Of a stretch of DNA of 64,000 nucleotides, positions 48,825 to 57,608 are shown piece by piece. The notes below the pieces were generated by a model, which was given only the letters and a program-made list of their open reading frames with translations, searched no databases and had not been told where the DNA came from. Source of the DNA: Longimicrobiales bacterium (GTDB lineage: Bacteria > Gemmatimonadota > Gemmatimonadetes > Longimicrobiales > Gaopeijiaceae); NCBI GenBank assembly GCA_965248195.1, contig CBDFIQ010000001.1, positions 576,001-640,000 of the forward strand. The letters run 5' to 3'. How positions within the stretch are numbered: position 1 is the stretch's first letter; every line of letters begins with the position of its first letter. The translations under genes and the position numbers were made by a program.

Positions 48825-49385
48825 ATGGAGCGGATCGAAGGGGGCGACGATCGGGCCCTGGGCGAGCTCTACGATCGTCATGGTGCCGTGATGTACTCCC
48901 TCGCCAAATCCATCGTCTCGGAGCCAGCAGATGCAGAGGAGGTCGTGGCTGATGCGTTCCTTCAGATCTGGCGTGGGGCCCAGCGGTACGATCGGGGTCG
49001 GGCCTCCGTTGGCGCCTTCCTCGCCGTCGTCACCAGAAGCCGGGCTCTTGACGTGGTGCGCGCGCGGCGGCGGCGTAACGCGGCGGAGGGCCGGGCTGCC
49101 GCCTGGAACGAAGGCTGGCCGGCCGGCGCCCTGTCCGCCTCGGATCCGACCCCGGATCGCGCCCTCGAGCTCAGCGAAACATACGCCGTCGTGCGCCGGG
49201 CGCTCGACGCGCTGCCGGAGTCCCAGAGGGAGGTCATCTTGCTCGCATATTTCGGCGGCTACAGCCAGAGTGAGATCGCGGCTCGACTCTCGGAGCCGCT
49301 CGGTACCGTGAAGACGCGGGTGCGTACTGGAATGCAAAAGCTCCGTGAGGTGCTCTCCCCGTACGCCCCCGGGGTGGAATCGTGA
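48825..49385 (+). CDS. ECF sigma-70 factor (SigK-like)
   Basis: AEEVVADAFLQIW, LAYFGGYSQSEIA, PLGTVKTRVR. Start uncertain. Confidence 0.88.
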   Translation: MERIEGGDDRALGELYDRHGAVMYSLAKSIVSEPADAEEVVADAFLQIWRGAQRYDRGRASVGAFLAVVTRSRALDVVRARRRRNAAEGRAAAWNEGWPAGALSASDPTPDRALELSETYAVVRRALDALPESQREVILLAYFGGYSQSEIAARLSEPLGTVKTRVRTGMQKLREVLSPYAPGVES

Positions 49386-50203
49386 ACCCGAGGGACTGGA
49401 CGGAGATGACTGCGGCCTACGTCCTGGGCTCCTTGGACCCCGAAGATCGAGCCTCGTTCGAGGAGCGCCTCGCCTCAGATCCCGAGCTCGAGCGTGACGT
49501 AGAATCCTATCGGGAAGTCGTGGGTGGCCTTGCCGGGGCGGCGCCCCTGCATGCGCCGCCCGCGGCCCTGAAGGAACGCATCCTGGTCGAGGCCCGGGGC
49601 CGAATGGAGTCACCGCCGTCGCCTGCGCAGGAGCCTCCTGGGGAATCGCATGGGCGAGGGGCGACGCTCCCTTGGCTGCTAGCCGCCGCCGGGGTTGTCC
49701 TCAGTCTGGGTCTCGGGATCGCCTATCAACGCATGCGAACGGACAACACCTCGCTGCAAATCGCCTACGACCAAGTGGAAACGGATAACGCCTTCCTACG
49801 GATCGCCTACGACCGAGTTGCATCCGATCTCGAAGCCCGTGATTCCCTCCTCGCGACGTTCCTCGGGCCCGACGTGCGAACGGCGACCCTGGCGGCGACC
49901 GGTCGACCTCCGTCCGCCCGGCTGTTCTGGAACACCACCACCGGCTCGGTCGTGATGGCGGCGTTCGACCTACCGCCGGCCGCGGCCGGCCGCATTTATC
50001 AGCTCTGGGGGATCGTGACCGGCCTCGACCCAGTGAGCTTCGGTACCTTCCAGACCGGAGCCGACGGGACGGCCATTTTCCGAAGCCCGGTGCCGGAGGG
50101 CATCGAATTCGAGCTCGGGGCCGTCACGGAGGAGCCCGCCGGGGGATCGCCCCAGCCGACATCCACACCCTTCCTTGTCGGAGCCTGGTCCACAGCGCTA
50201 TAG
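49382..50203 (+). CDS. anti-sigma factor (RskA-like)
   Basis: AAYVLGSL, one TM segment, YQLW, AVTEEPAGGSPQPT; overlaps the sigma stop. Confidence 0.88.
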   Translation: MNPRDWTEMTAAYVLGSLDPEDRASFEERLASDPELERDVESYREVVGGLAGAAPLHAPPAALKERILVEARGRMESPPSPAQEPPGESHGRGATLPWLLAAAGVVLSLGLGIAYQRMRTDNTSLQIAYDQVETDNAFLRIAYDRVASDLEARDSLLATFLGPDVRTATLAATGRPPSARLFWNTTTGSVVMAAFDLPPAAAGRIYQLWGIVTGLDPVSFGTFQTGADGTAIFRSPVPEGIEFELGAVTEEPAGGSPQPTSTPFLVGAWSTAL

Positions 50204-50505
50204 AAGGCTATTGAAGGAGTACAGCGGGTCGCGCACAGGGCGCTTGTGCGCGTTCAGACAAGGAACGACGACGAGGCGTAGCAACGCTACGGCGAGGAGG
50301 AGAGACGCAGGATCAACCGCACAACCGCCCTGTGCCCTCCACCATCTAGGGCATGACCTTACACGTTGGTGGGTTGCGGTGGCACGGCCCCATCTCCGTT
50401 GTTGGAGCTCCTAGCCGTAGCGAATGCTATGGCGTCGTCGCTCCGCCTAGGAGCTAGGACCGTGGCATCCGCAACGCGGCCCACTGTACTCCTTCAATAG
50501 CCTTC
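50203..50505. repeat. structured dispersed repeat (MITE-like or ncRNA), copy 2
   Basis: Terminal IR gaaggctattgaaggagtacag...ctgtactccttcaatagccttc; colinear with copy 1. Confidence 0.88.
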
Positions 50506-50601
50506 CGATCCAACCACCAATCCGACTGGCGTCGACGGGCGTAGAGACGATGAAGTCTCGCGTCCGTTTTTTATTTCTCGCTATGGAAGGGGCTGGATCA
50601 A

Positions 50602-51336
50602 ATGAACGAATCCGCTTATCGACCCCGGATCCTCGTCATCGCGCTTGCGATCGCGGGGTTGCTCGCCGCACATGCCGTGATCAAGGCGGCGGACCACGCC
50701 GACTCACCCGACACGTCGGAGGGCAATCTCGACGTGAACGACCTCTATGTCTTCAACCAGGGGGACAACGTCGTCTTCGCGATGACGGTAAGCCCCCTGC
50801 TCGCGCCCGGTGCGTCCACCTCGGGCGCCGCCTTCAACCCGAACGGTCTGTACCAGTTCAAGCTCGATCGTGAGCGCGACGGGATCGAGGAGGCGGTGAT
50901 CCAGATCGTCGTCTCCGGAGAAGGCACGGACCAGCGGGTCGACGTGCGAGGTCCGGTGGCCGCTGCAGTGACCGGAACCACCAACAACGTGCTGGCGGCT
51001 GCTCCGTCGGCTCGAGGCCCGTTCAACAACACCTTCTCGGCCGAGGGTCTGACCGTGTTCGCGGGGCCGCGGGATGACCCCTTCTTCATCGATCTATTCG
51101 GTGACGAAAGCCTCACGAGCGTGCTCAACGCCGTGTTCTCGGCCACTCTGGGCGAGACGGTCGGGAGCGCCGACGAGCAGACGCTCGCGTTCGCGGACCC
51201 GGCCGTGGACGACCTCGCCGGACTGAACGTTCTGGCAATCGTCGTAGAGGTGCCCAAGTCGATGGTGGCCGAAGCCCTGGGCATCGGGCTCTCGGACTCG
51301 TTCTTCGCATGGGCAACCACCAGCATCCGCCAGTGA
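50602..51336 (+). CDS. DUF4331 family secreted protein
   Basis: AADHADSP, DVNDLYVF, VFAGPRDDPFF, AGLNVLAIVVEVP. Confidence 0.85.
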   Translation: MNESAYRPRILVIALAIAGLLAAHAVIKAADHADSPDTSEGNLDVNDLYVFNQGDNVVFAMTVSPLLAPGASTSGAAFNPNGLYQFKLDRERDGIEEAVIQIVVSGEGTDQRVDVRGPVAAAVTGTTNNVLAAAPSARGPFNNTFSAEGLTVFAGPRDDPFFIDLFGDESLTSVLNAVFSATLGETVGSADEQTLAFADPAVDDLAGLNVLAIVVEVPKSMVAEALGIGLSDSFFAWATTSIRQ

Positions 51337-51395
51337 GCGGGCGAGCGATGGACCGGAATCCACATACAAAACGAATCCACGGAAGAGGTGTGATC

Positions 51396-52211
51396 ATGAT
51401 CGACCCAACCTTTGTACGTCGCGTCTCCGCTTGCCTTCTGATCTCCGGACTGGCTATGGGCTGCAACGACGACCCCTCTGGCCCCGAGTCTATCCCCGAC
51501 ATCGGTACGAGCTTGGCGGCGGTGGCCTTCGGTGAGCTCGATCTGAGCTTCGGAGTGAGCGTGGCACAGACGGTGACGGTTTCCAACACCGGTGGTGGCG
51601 ACCTCGAGATCCAGTCCGTGTCGCTGAGTGGTGCAGACGCTGGCGAGTTCGGATTGGAGAGCGGCGGTGGCGCCGCGGTTTTGGTCGCCAATGCTAGCCA
51701 AGACATTGTCGTCTTCTTCGATCCGGCTTCGGTGGGTGCAAAGAATGCGACGCTTCGCATCATGAGTGACGACCCGGACGAGCCCACGCTGGACGTCGAT
51801 CTCAGCGGCACCGGCTCGGTCTTCCAGTACCGACAGGTGGACCGGATGGGCATTCCGGCCCTGAACACGGTCTTCAACCACCCACCTGTGTTCAGCAAGA
51901 CCGACTATAACACGGCCGGTCCCGACGGAGACCTGGCCACGTACACCGGGCTCTTCGAGACGGTGCTCGGAGCGGTAGCGAACGCCGATCCGACTGCGAC
52001 GGCGGCCCTGCTCCTTCCCGATGAGCTGCCGGTCAGCCTGGGAGAGACAGTTTCGAACTTCGCGGCGCTCACCGGAAGGAAACCTGCTGACGACGCCACG
52101 GATGTGGCCTTACAGGTAGTCGTGGGCATCGTGTCTCTGCAGAGCGACAACGTGGACGACAACGATGTGCCGTTCCTCACTTCGTTCCCCTATCTGGCGC
52201 CGAGCAACTGA
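51396..52211 (+). CDS. lipoprotein with Ig-like (choice-of-anchor D/ASH) domain and DUF4331-like C-terminus
   Basis: Lipobox AMGC; SNTGGGDL...F...P...G...L; QVDRMGIPALN, GRKPADD, FPYLA. Confidence 0.75.
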   Translation: MIDPTFVRRVSACLLISGLAMGCNDDPSGPESIPDIGTSLAAVAFGELDLSFGVSVAQTVTVSNTGGGDLEIQSVSLSGADAGEFGLESGGGAAVLVANASQDIVVFFDPASVGAKNATLRIMSDDPDEPTLDVDLSGTGSVFQYRQVDRMGIPALNTVFNHPPVFSKTDYNTAGPDGDLATYTGLFETVLGAVANADPTATAALLLPDELPVSLGETVSNFAALTGRKPADDATDVALQVVVGIVSLQSDNVDDNDVPFLTSFPYLAPSN

Positions 52212-52212
52212 C

Positions 52213-53577
52213 ATGCATAACGACCGACACGGGGGTCACGCGTGGCTGATGGGCGCCACACTCGTGATCGGGACGACGCTGTGGCTGTCCTCAAGGCCAG
52301 AAGAACCGGCGGCCGCGTCCGATCGCTTGGTGACCCCCGAGGTCCTGGCGCAAGCCCTCTCGAGTGAGGTGCCGGATCAGCTGACGCTGAGTGACGATCT
52401 CGACTTTTTTAGCCGGAGGCTGGAAGAGCGGGGACCAGAGGACGTCCTGGCCCTTCGGCGCCTGGCGTCCACAAGCCTCCTCCGGTTCCAGACCTACGGG
52501 AGGGAAGCGGATCTGGCACGTGCGGAGAAGCACCTGGCGACCCTCACGGATCGGTACCCGACGTCGTCGAGCGTATGGGCGACCGTGGCCTCGGCAAGAC
52601 TTTCCCGGCATGACTTCTCCGGTGCGGTCCGAGCGGCTGAACGATCGGTTCGGATGGGTGGCCCCGACGACGAAGACGGCCGGCTTCGCCTCTTCGACGC
52701 TTACCTCGCCACCGGACTGTACGAGGCGGCGAGCGACCTGCTCAGTCTTCCGTTCGATCGTGACTCCTTCGCCTACCGGACGCGCGCCGTCCGGATGAAG
52801 GATCGACTCGGCGACGTGGCGGGCGCTCGAGACGGTATGGAAGCGGCTTTGGCCGTGGCGCGATCGTATGCCCAACCGCCTGCGATCGTGGCGTGGTGCC
52901 TCGTCGAACTCGGGCACCTCGAACATCACAGCGGCCGACCGTACGGCGCGGTCTCAAATTATCGGGAGGCGCTGGAGCTCGTGCCGGGCAGCCCAGCCGC
53001 GATCGAGGGCCTCGCCCAGGTGGCGCTGGGCTGGGACCGAGACTTGCGGGCCGCAGAGGCGCTCTTCCTCAAGGCCCTGGGGAACGGCGCACACCTGGAC
53101 GTCTACGTGCGCCTGATCGAGGTGGCGGAGGGCGCCGGCTGGGGCGACCGAGCTTTGCGTTACCGACAGCGGTTCCTCGCCGCGGCACGGGTGGATGAGT
53201 CGACGGAGAGGCTGCATCTACGCTCCTTGGCCCTAGTCCTCGGTCGCCAAGATGAAACCCTGCCCGAGGCCTTGCGATACGCGAGGCGGGATTTGGCGAT
53301 TCGCCACACCTCCGAGACATACGCGGTCCTCGGCTGGGTCCTCAGCCGTTTGGGCCGGAAGCGGGGGGCGTGGATGTGGATCGAAGCCGCGCAAACCGGA
53401 GCCCAGCCAGAGCCCGAAGTGGACTACCTCTCAGGGCTCGTCGCGTTTGATACGGGGCACCCCCAACAGGGGAGGAAGTTCTGGTCGAGAGCCCTGAGCG
53501 CGGAAGCGGAGATCGGCCCCATCAAGTCGGAGACGATCAGGGCTCGTCTCGGGGTGCGCGGCCTCTTCGGCTCCTGA
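52213..53577 (+). CDS. TPR-repeat protein
   Basis: Helical Ala/Leu-rich TPR-like repeats with an N-terminal anchor; follows the DUF4331 genes. Confidence 0.75.
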   Translation: MHNDRHGGHAWLMGATLVIGTTLWLSSRPEEPAAASDRLVTPEVLAQALSSEVPDQLTLSDDLDFFSRRLEERGPEDVLALRRLASTSLLRFQTYGREADLARAEKHLATLTDRYPTSSSVWATVASARLSRHDFSGAVRAAERSVRMGGPDDEDGRLRLFDAYLATGLYEAASDLLSLPFDRDSFAYRTRAVRMKDRLGDVAGARDGMEAALAVARSYAQPPAIVAWCLVELGHLEHHSGRPYGAVSNYREALELVPGSPAAIEGLAQVALGWDRDLRAAEALFLKALGNGAHLDVYVRLIEVAEGAGWGDRALRYRQRFLAAARVDESTERLHLRSLALVLGRQDETLPEALRYARRDLAIRHTSETYAVLGWVLSRLGRKRGAWMWIEAAQTGAQPEPEVDYLSGLVAFDTGHPQQGRKFWSRALSAEAEIGPIKSETIRARLGVRGLFGS

Positions 53578-53671
53578 GGCCCTTGCCTTCATCTCCTCAT
53601 TTTTTAAGGTTCAGATCGCTTGTAGATGTTGGATGATGAGCCTCGTGGATGATGGGCAAGGAGGTACTGCA

Positions 53672-55060
53672 ATGAAGACTGGCGCCGCCGTAGCGCTGGC
53701 CGCCGTTATCCTGAGCGGCTCGATGCTGGCCGCCTCGCGCGGACGCGAGGCACCCGACTTCTCCTCACTCCCTACGGCGGTGCAGAGCGCTCCCGCGGCG
53801 GTCGCATTCACCAACGTCAACGTCGTTCCCATGGACTCCGAGCGAGTTCTGAGGGACCAGACCGTGCTCGTGCAGCAAGGCAGGATCCGTCGGGTGGGAT
53901 CCGCCGATGTGGTCCGGGTCCCCGCTGGCGTGACAACGGTGGACGGCTCGGGCAAATACCTGATGCCCGGTCTAGCAGAGATGCACGGCCACATGCCCGG
54001 CGGAGACGTGGAGGAGATGGTGATGTTCCTCTACGTGGCCAATGGTGTGACCACCGTCCGGGGCATGCTCGGTCAGGATGGCCACATGGAGCTGCGTCGC
54101 AAGGCAAACGCAGGTGAGATCGTGGCGCCGACTCTCTACATGGCCGGACCCAGCTTCAACGGCAACTCGGTCTCCTCTCCGGAGCAGGCCGCCCGGAAGG
54201 TTCGCATACAAAAGGAGCAAGGTTGGGATCTCTTAAAGATCCACCCGGGGCTGACGGTACCCGAGTACGATGCCATGGCCATGACCGCCCACGAGGTGGG
54301 CATCCGCTTTGGCGGTCACGTACCCGCCGAGGTCGGACTCGACCACGCCATCGAAATGGGGCAGGAGACCTTCGACCACCTGGACGGTTTCATCGAGGTC
54401 CTCAACGCGTTTGACGAGCCCATCGATCGGGGCAGCCTCGACGAGCTGGTCGCCACCGTCAGGGATGCCGGCTCTTGGGTCGTGCCCACCATGGTGCTCT
54501 GGGACGTGGGCATCATCGGCCGCGGAGACGGCCAGGCTTTGGCGAGCCGTCCAGAGATGCGTTATTGGCCCAAACGGAGCATCCCGGGCGTGGTCGAGGG
54601 GGTCGAGGGTTGGACCCGCCGACATGCAGCTAGCGCGCGGAATGCGCAAGCGGATCCCGCCGAAGCCGACCTTTGGGCCACCAACAGGCTGGAGGTGCTC
54701 AAGGCCCTGTCGGATGGGGGCGTGGGAATTCTCATGGGGACGGACTCACCACAGATCTTTTCGGTGCCGGGATTCTCGCTGCACCGGGAAATGCAGGCGA
54801 TGGCCGAGGCCGGCATGTCGCCCTACGAGATCCTGGTTTCCGGCACACGGGCAGTCGGCGAGTACTTCCGGCGAAGCGACACCTTCGGCACCGTGGCCGT
54901 CGGGCGGCGCGCCGACCTCATCCTCCTGAACTCCAATCCACTGGACGACATTGGTAACGTGGCCGACCGTGCCGGGGTGATGGTGAGGGGCCGCTGGTTC
55001 TCCGGGGCCTACATCCAGCAGCGACTCGACGAGATCGCCCGAAGATACGCTACGGGCTGA
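53672..55060 (+). CDS. secreted amidohydrolase family protein
   Basis: MPGLAEMHGH, GVTTVR, GTD, GRRADLILL. Confidence 0.88.
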   Translation: MKTGAAVALAAVILSGSMLAASRGREAPDFSSLPTAVQSAPAAVAFTNVNVVPMDSERVLRDQTVLVQQGRIRRVGSADVVRVPAGVTTVDGSGKYLMPGLAEMHGHMPGGDVEEMVMFLYVANGVTTVRGMLGQDGHMELRRKANAGEIVAPTLYMAGPSFNGNSVSSPEQAARKVRIQKEQGWDLLKIHPGLTVPEYDAMAMTAHEVGIRFGGHVPAEVGLDHAIEMGQETFDHLDGFIEVLNAFDEPIDRGSLDELVATVRDAGSWVVPTMVLWDVGIIGRGDGQALASRPEMRYWPKRSIPGVVEGVEGWTRRHAASARNAQADPAEADLWATNRLEVLKALSDGGVGILMGTDSPQIFSVPGFSLHREMQAMAEAGMSPYEILVSGTRAVGEYFRRSDTFGTVAVGRRADLILLNSNPLDDIGNVADRAGVMVRGRWFSGAYIQQRLDEIARRYATG

Positions 55061-55108
55061 GGGTCACACCCGAGCGACAGGGACCGGCAGGGAGGGATCG
55101 GGCGAGGC

Positions 55109-55588
55109 TCAGGGAACGGCTAGATCCGCAATTCCCGCTTCGAGCTCTACGATTTGTCCCGGACGCAAGTACGCGGTGATGCGGTATTCCCCGTCCGGTA
55201 GGCTGTCCCCCAGAATGGTCGCAGCGCTCACGAGGCCCACTCGGAACTCTTGGCTCTCACCGGGGGCGAGGTCGACTTCTACGAGCGCCAAGGTACAAGC
55301 CACGGTGTTTCCCATGTCCCATACCGGCTCCGTACCTCCATCGTAGGCCCGCATCAACACCACACACCCGTCCGGGAACGTCACCGACTTCTGCGTCGTG
55401 GACTCGTTCGCGAGCTCCACGGTGATCCCGAGCTGAACGGGGAAGGATTCGGCGATGTCGAAGCCCGTCACCCTGTACGTGATCCCATCGACCAGCTGAT
55501 CGGGAAGACCGAGTCCCGTAGCCGTCGTTTGACACGCCGCGACGTTCACGGAGGCCAGTAGCGTAAACACCCTGAACCAACTCGACAC
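55109..55588 (-). CDS. lipoprotein with BsuPI-like (proteinase inhibitor) Ig domain
   Basis: Lipobox VAAC; FPDGC...W...C...LAPGE...LPDGEY. GTG start inferred. Confidence 0.6.
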   Translation of the reverse strand: MSSWFRVFTLLASVNVAACQTTATGLGLPDQLVDGITYRVTGFDIAESFPVQLGITVELANESTTQKSVTFPDGCVVLMRAYDGGTEPVWDMGNTVACTLALVEVDLAPGESQEFRVGLVSAATILGDSLPDGEYRITAYLRPGQIVELEAGIADLAVP

Positions 55589-55642
55589 TCCCTGTCTGGA
55601 CGCGCACCATCGCCGGGGCACCCACGCCGCCAGGCGTGGGTC

Positions 55643-55675
55643 GCACGACCCGCCGTACTCTTTCAACAGCCTTCT
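55643..55675 (-). repeat. solo terminal fragment of the 305-bp repeat family
   Basis: The reverse complement agaaggctgttgaaagagtacggcgggtcgtgc matches the left end of copy 1 at 29 of 33 positions. Confidence 0.75.
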
Positions 55676-55985
55676 GCGGCCCATCTGCCTATCTCCCAAC
55701 GCACCCTTGATTGAAAAGTCGGAACCCCGCTGCCCCTCGTGGGCTCGGGCACCACTCGCGGGTCCACGGGGGTCGCCGGCGACCCGCCGTAGATAAGAAC
55801 ACCTGGGAGGTGGAATTTGTGACAGCCGGGGCCGATCAGGGGTTTCTCGCCGGCCTGTTCGTCCATCCTGCGAGACGTCCGCCGGAGGCGCAAATGGGCT
55901 TGTACGCCTCCGGCGAAAGTGTCGGTCCTGGTCGGTGATGACCGGTGCCATGCTGCGGTCTCGAAGCAGCGGTTGAACGCCGCCA

Positions 55986-56075
55986 CGAGAGGATCCGGTG
56001 CGCCCCGGGCTGCCCTACCTGGGCACCGAAAACGCCGTGTACGTCTCCTTCGACGACGGGGAGATGTGGCAGCCG
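55986..56075 (+). pseudogene. isolated fragment of a BNR/VPS10-like glycosyl hydrolase
   Basis: REDPVRPGLPYLGTENAVYVSFDDGEMWQP (Asp-box), with no matching gene body on either side. Confidence 0.6.
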
Positions 56076-56102
56076 GGAGCACCAGCCGGAGGTGTGCTGC
56101 GA

Positions 56103-57452
56103 CTAGGCGAGCGACCCAATGGCGTCCACCACCTTCTCCACGTCCGCCAGGGTATTGTAGACGTGCGGGCAGAGCCGGATTCCCGCGAAGTCCCCACTCC
56201 TGGGCGCACCCGCGATGCTGTGGTCGGTGTAAAGGTTGTTCAACGCTTCCCGGGGGTTCAGGCCCGGCGGCAGGAACACCACGACTCCAGCGCTGAGCGC
56301 CGGATCCCGGGGCGTGTGGAAGCGAGTTCCCGGAAGCCGGTCGGCTACCCCGTCCTTGAGGGCGGCCGCCAGCGTTCTCACGCGTGCCTCGACTCTCTGC
56401 GTGCCCATCATCTCGTGGAACTCGACGGCGGTGCCCACCGCGGATACGGCTGCATCGTCCCGCTGCCCCAGGTCTTCGAACTTGCGGGCCCCACCCTGGA
56501 GGGCGTTGGCCCACCCGACACCGACATGCGTAGCCCACAGGTCCGCCTGTACCTCACCGCGAACGTACAGCACACCCGCCTCCTTCGGCCCCACGAACCA
56601 CTTGTGGGCGCTCCCCGTATAGAAGTCACATCCGATATCGTGGAGATCGACTTCGAGGCATCCGTAACTCTGGGCGCCGTCGATCATGGCCAGGGCGCCC
56701 CGCGAGTGGGCAACCTCCACGATGTCTCGAGCCGGAAGCATGACGCCCGAGATGTTGGAGGCGTGGCTGAAAGAGACCAGCCGGGTCCTGGAAGTGATGG
56801 CCGCCAGGAACGGATCCAAGAGCTCCTGCGCAGTGGTAGGCTGCGGCGGCGTGCTCACCCGCTTCACGCTATAGCCGTAGCGCGCGGACCGGACGTCCCA
56901 TGCCGTGCTGTTGGTCGGATGGTTCTGATCCCAGAGCAGCACTTCGTCTCCGGACCCGAGATCGAGCCCGTTCACAACCGTGGCGTTGGCTGCGCTGGTG
57001 TTGCGGACGATGGCGATTTCGTCTGCGTCGGCCCCCAGGTAGCGGGCAAGGGCGGCGCGTGCGTCTTCTCGAAGTTGACCGAACTTCCTGCGGTTGTTGG
57101 ACGACGCGTCTCGATCGACATCTCTGGTGAGCTCGAAGACCCGCTGCTGCACCGAGATGGGAGAGGGACAAAGGTTGGCCGCGTTCATGAGGATCAGCCC
57201 CTCACGGAGGGGGAACGCGCCCTTGACCAACCGCCAGAAGTCCTCTTCAGCCTGCTCCGCTGGGCCCAGTCGCATGGCAGCTCTGCTGAAACGATCCATG
57301 CGATGGCGGGCTTCCGAGGAAAAGAGGTCGGCGGAAAGAGAGCCGGCTAGATCGGCGGGCTCCTCCGCCCGCAGAAGTGAGGGGACCGAAGCCGAGGCGA
57401 CCACGCCCCCTGCCACGTGACCGAGGAACCTCCGTCGACTCTGACTGCTCAT
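56103..57452 (-). CDS. class V aminotransferase (isopenicillin N epimerase-like), Tat signal
   Basis: SRRRFL; DGAQ, SAHKW PLP lysine; GGAGG RBS. Confidence 0.88.
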   Translation of the reverse strand: MSSQSRRRFLGHVAGGVVASASVPSLLRAEEPADLAGSLSADLFSSEARHRMDRFSRAAMRLGPAEQAEEDFWRLVKGAFPLREGLILMNAANLCPSPISVQQRVFELTRDVDRDASSNNRRKFGQLREDARAALARYLGADADEIAIVRNTSAANATVVNGLDLGSGDEVLLWDQNHPTNSTAWDVRSARYGYSVKRVSTPPQPTTAQELLDPFLAAITSRTRLVSFSHASNISGVMLPARDIVEVAHSRGALAMIDGAQSYGCLEVDLHDIGCDFYTGSAHKWFVGPKEAGVLYVRGEVQADLWATHVGVGWANALQGGARKFEDLGQRDDAAVSAVGTAVEFHEMMGTQRVEARVRTLAAALKDGVADRLPGTRFHTPRDPALSAGVVVFLPPGLNPREALNNLYTDHSIAGAPRSGDFAGIRLCPHVYNTLADVEKVVDAIGSLA

Positions 57453-57608
57453 GGTACTCCTCCGCACCGGGCGTCTGTGTCCATTCCGTCGAGAGCAGTC
57501 AGGATCCCACATGGTCCACCCGTTCGCAAGCCCGCCGAAGACGGTAAACCCTCGTCCACCTCCGCCTCGGTGATCAAGAGCGTCGGGCTGCACGACGGGC
57601 TGCAACCG

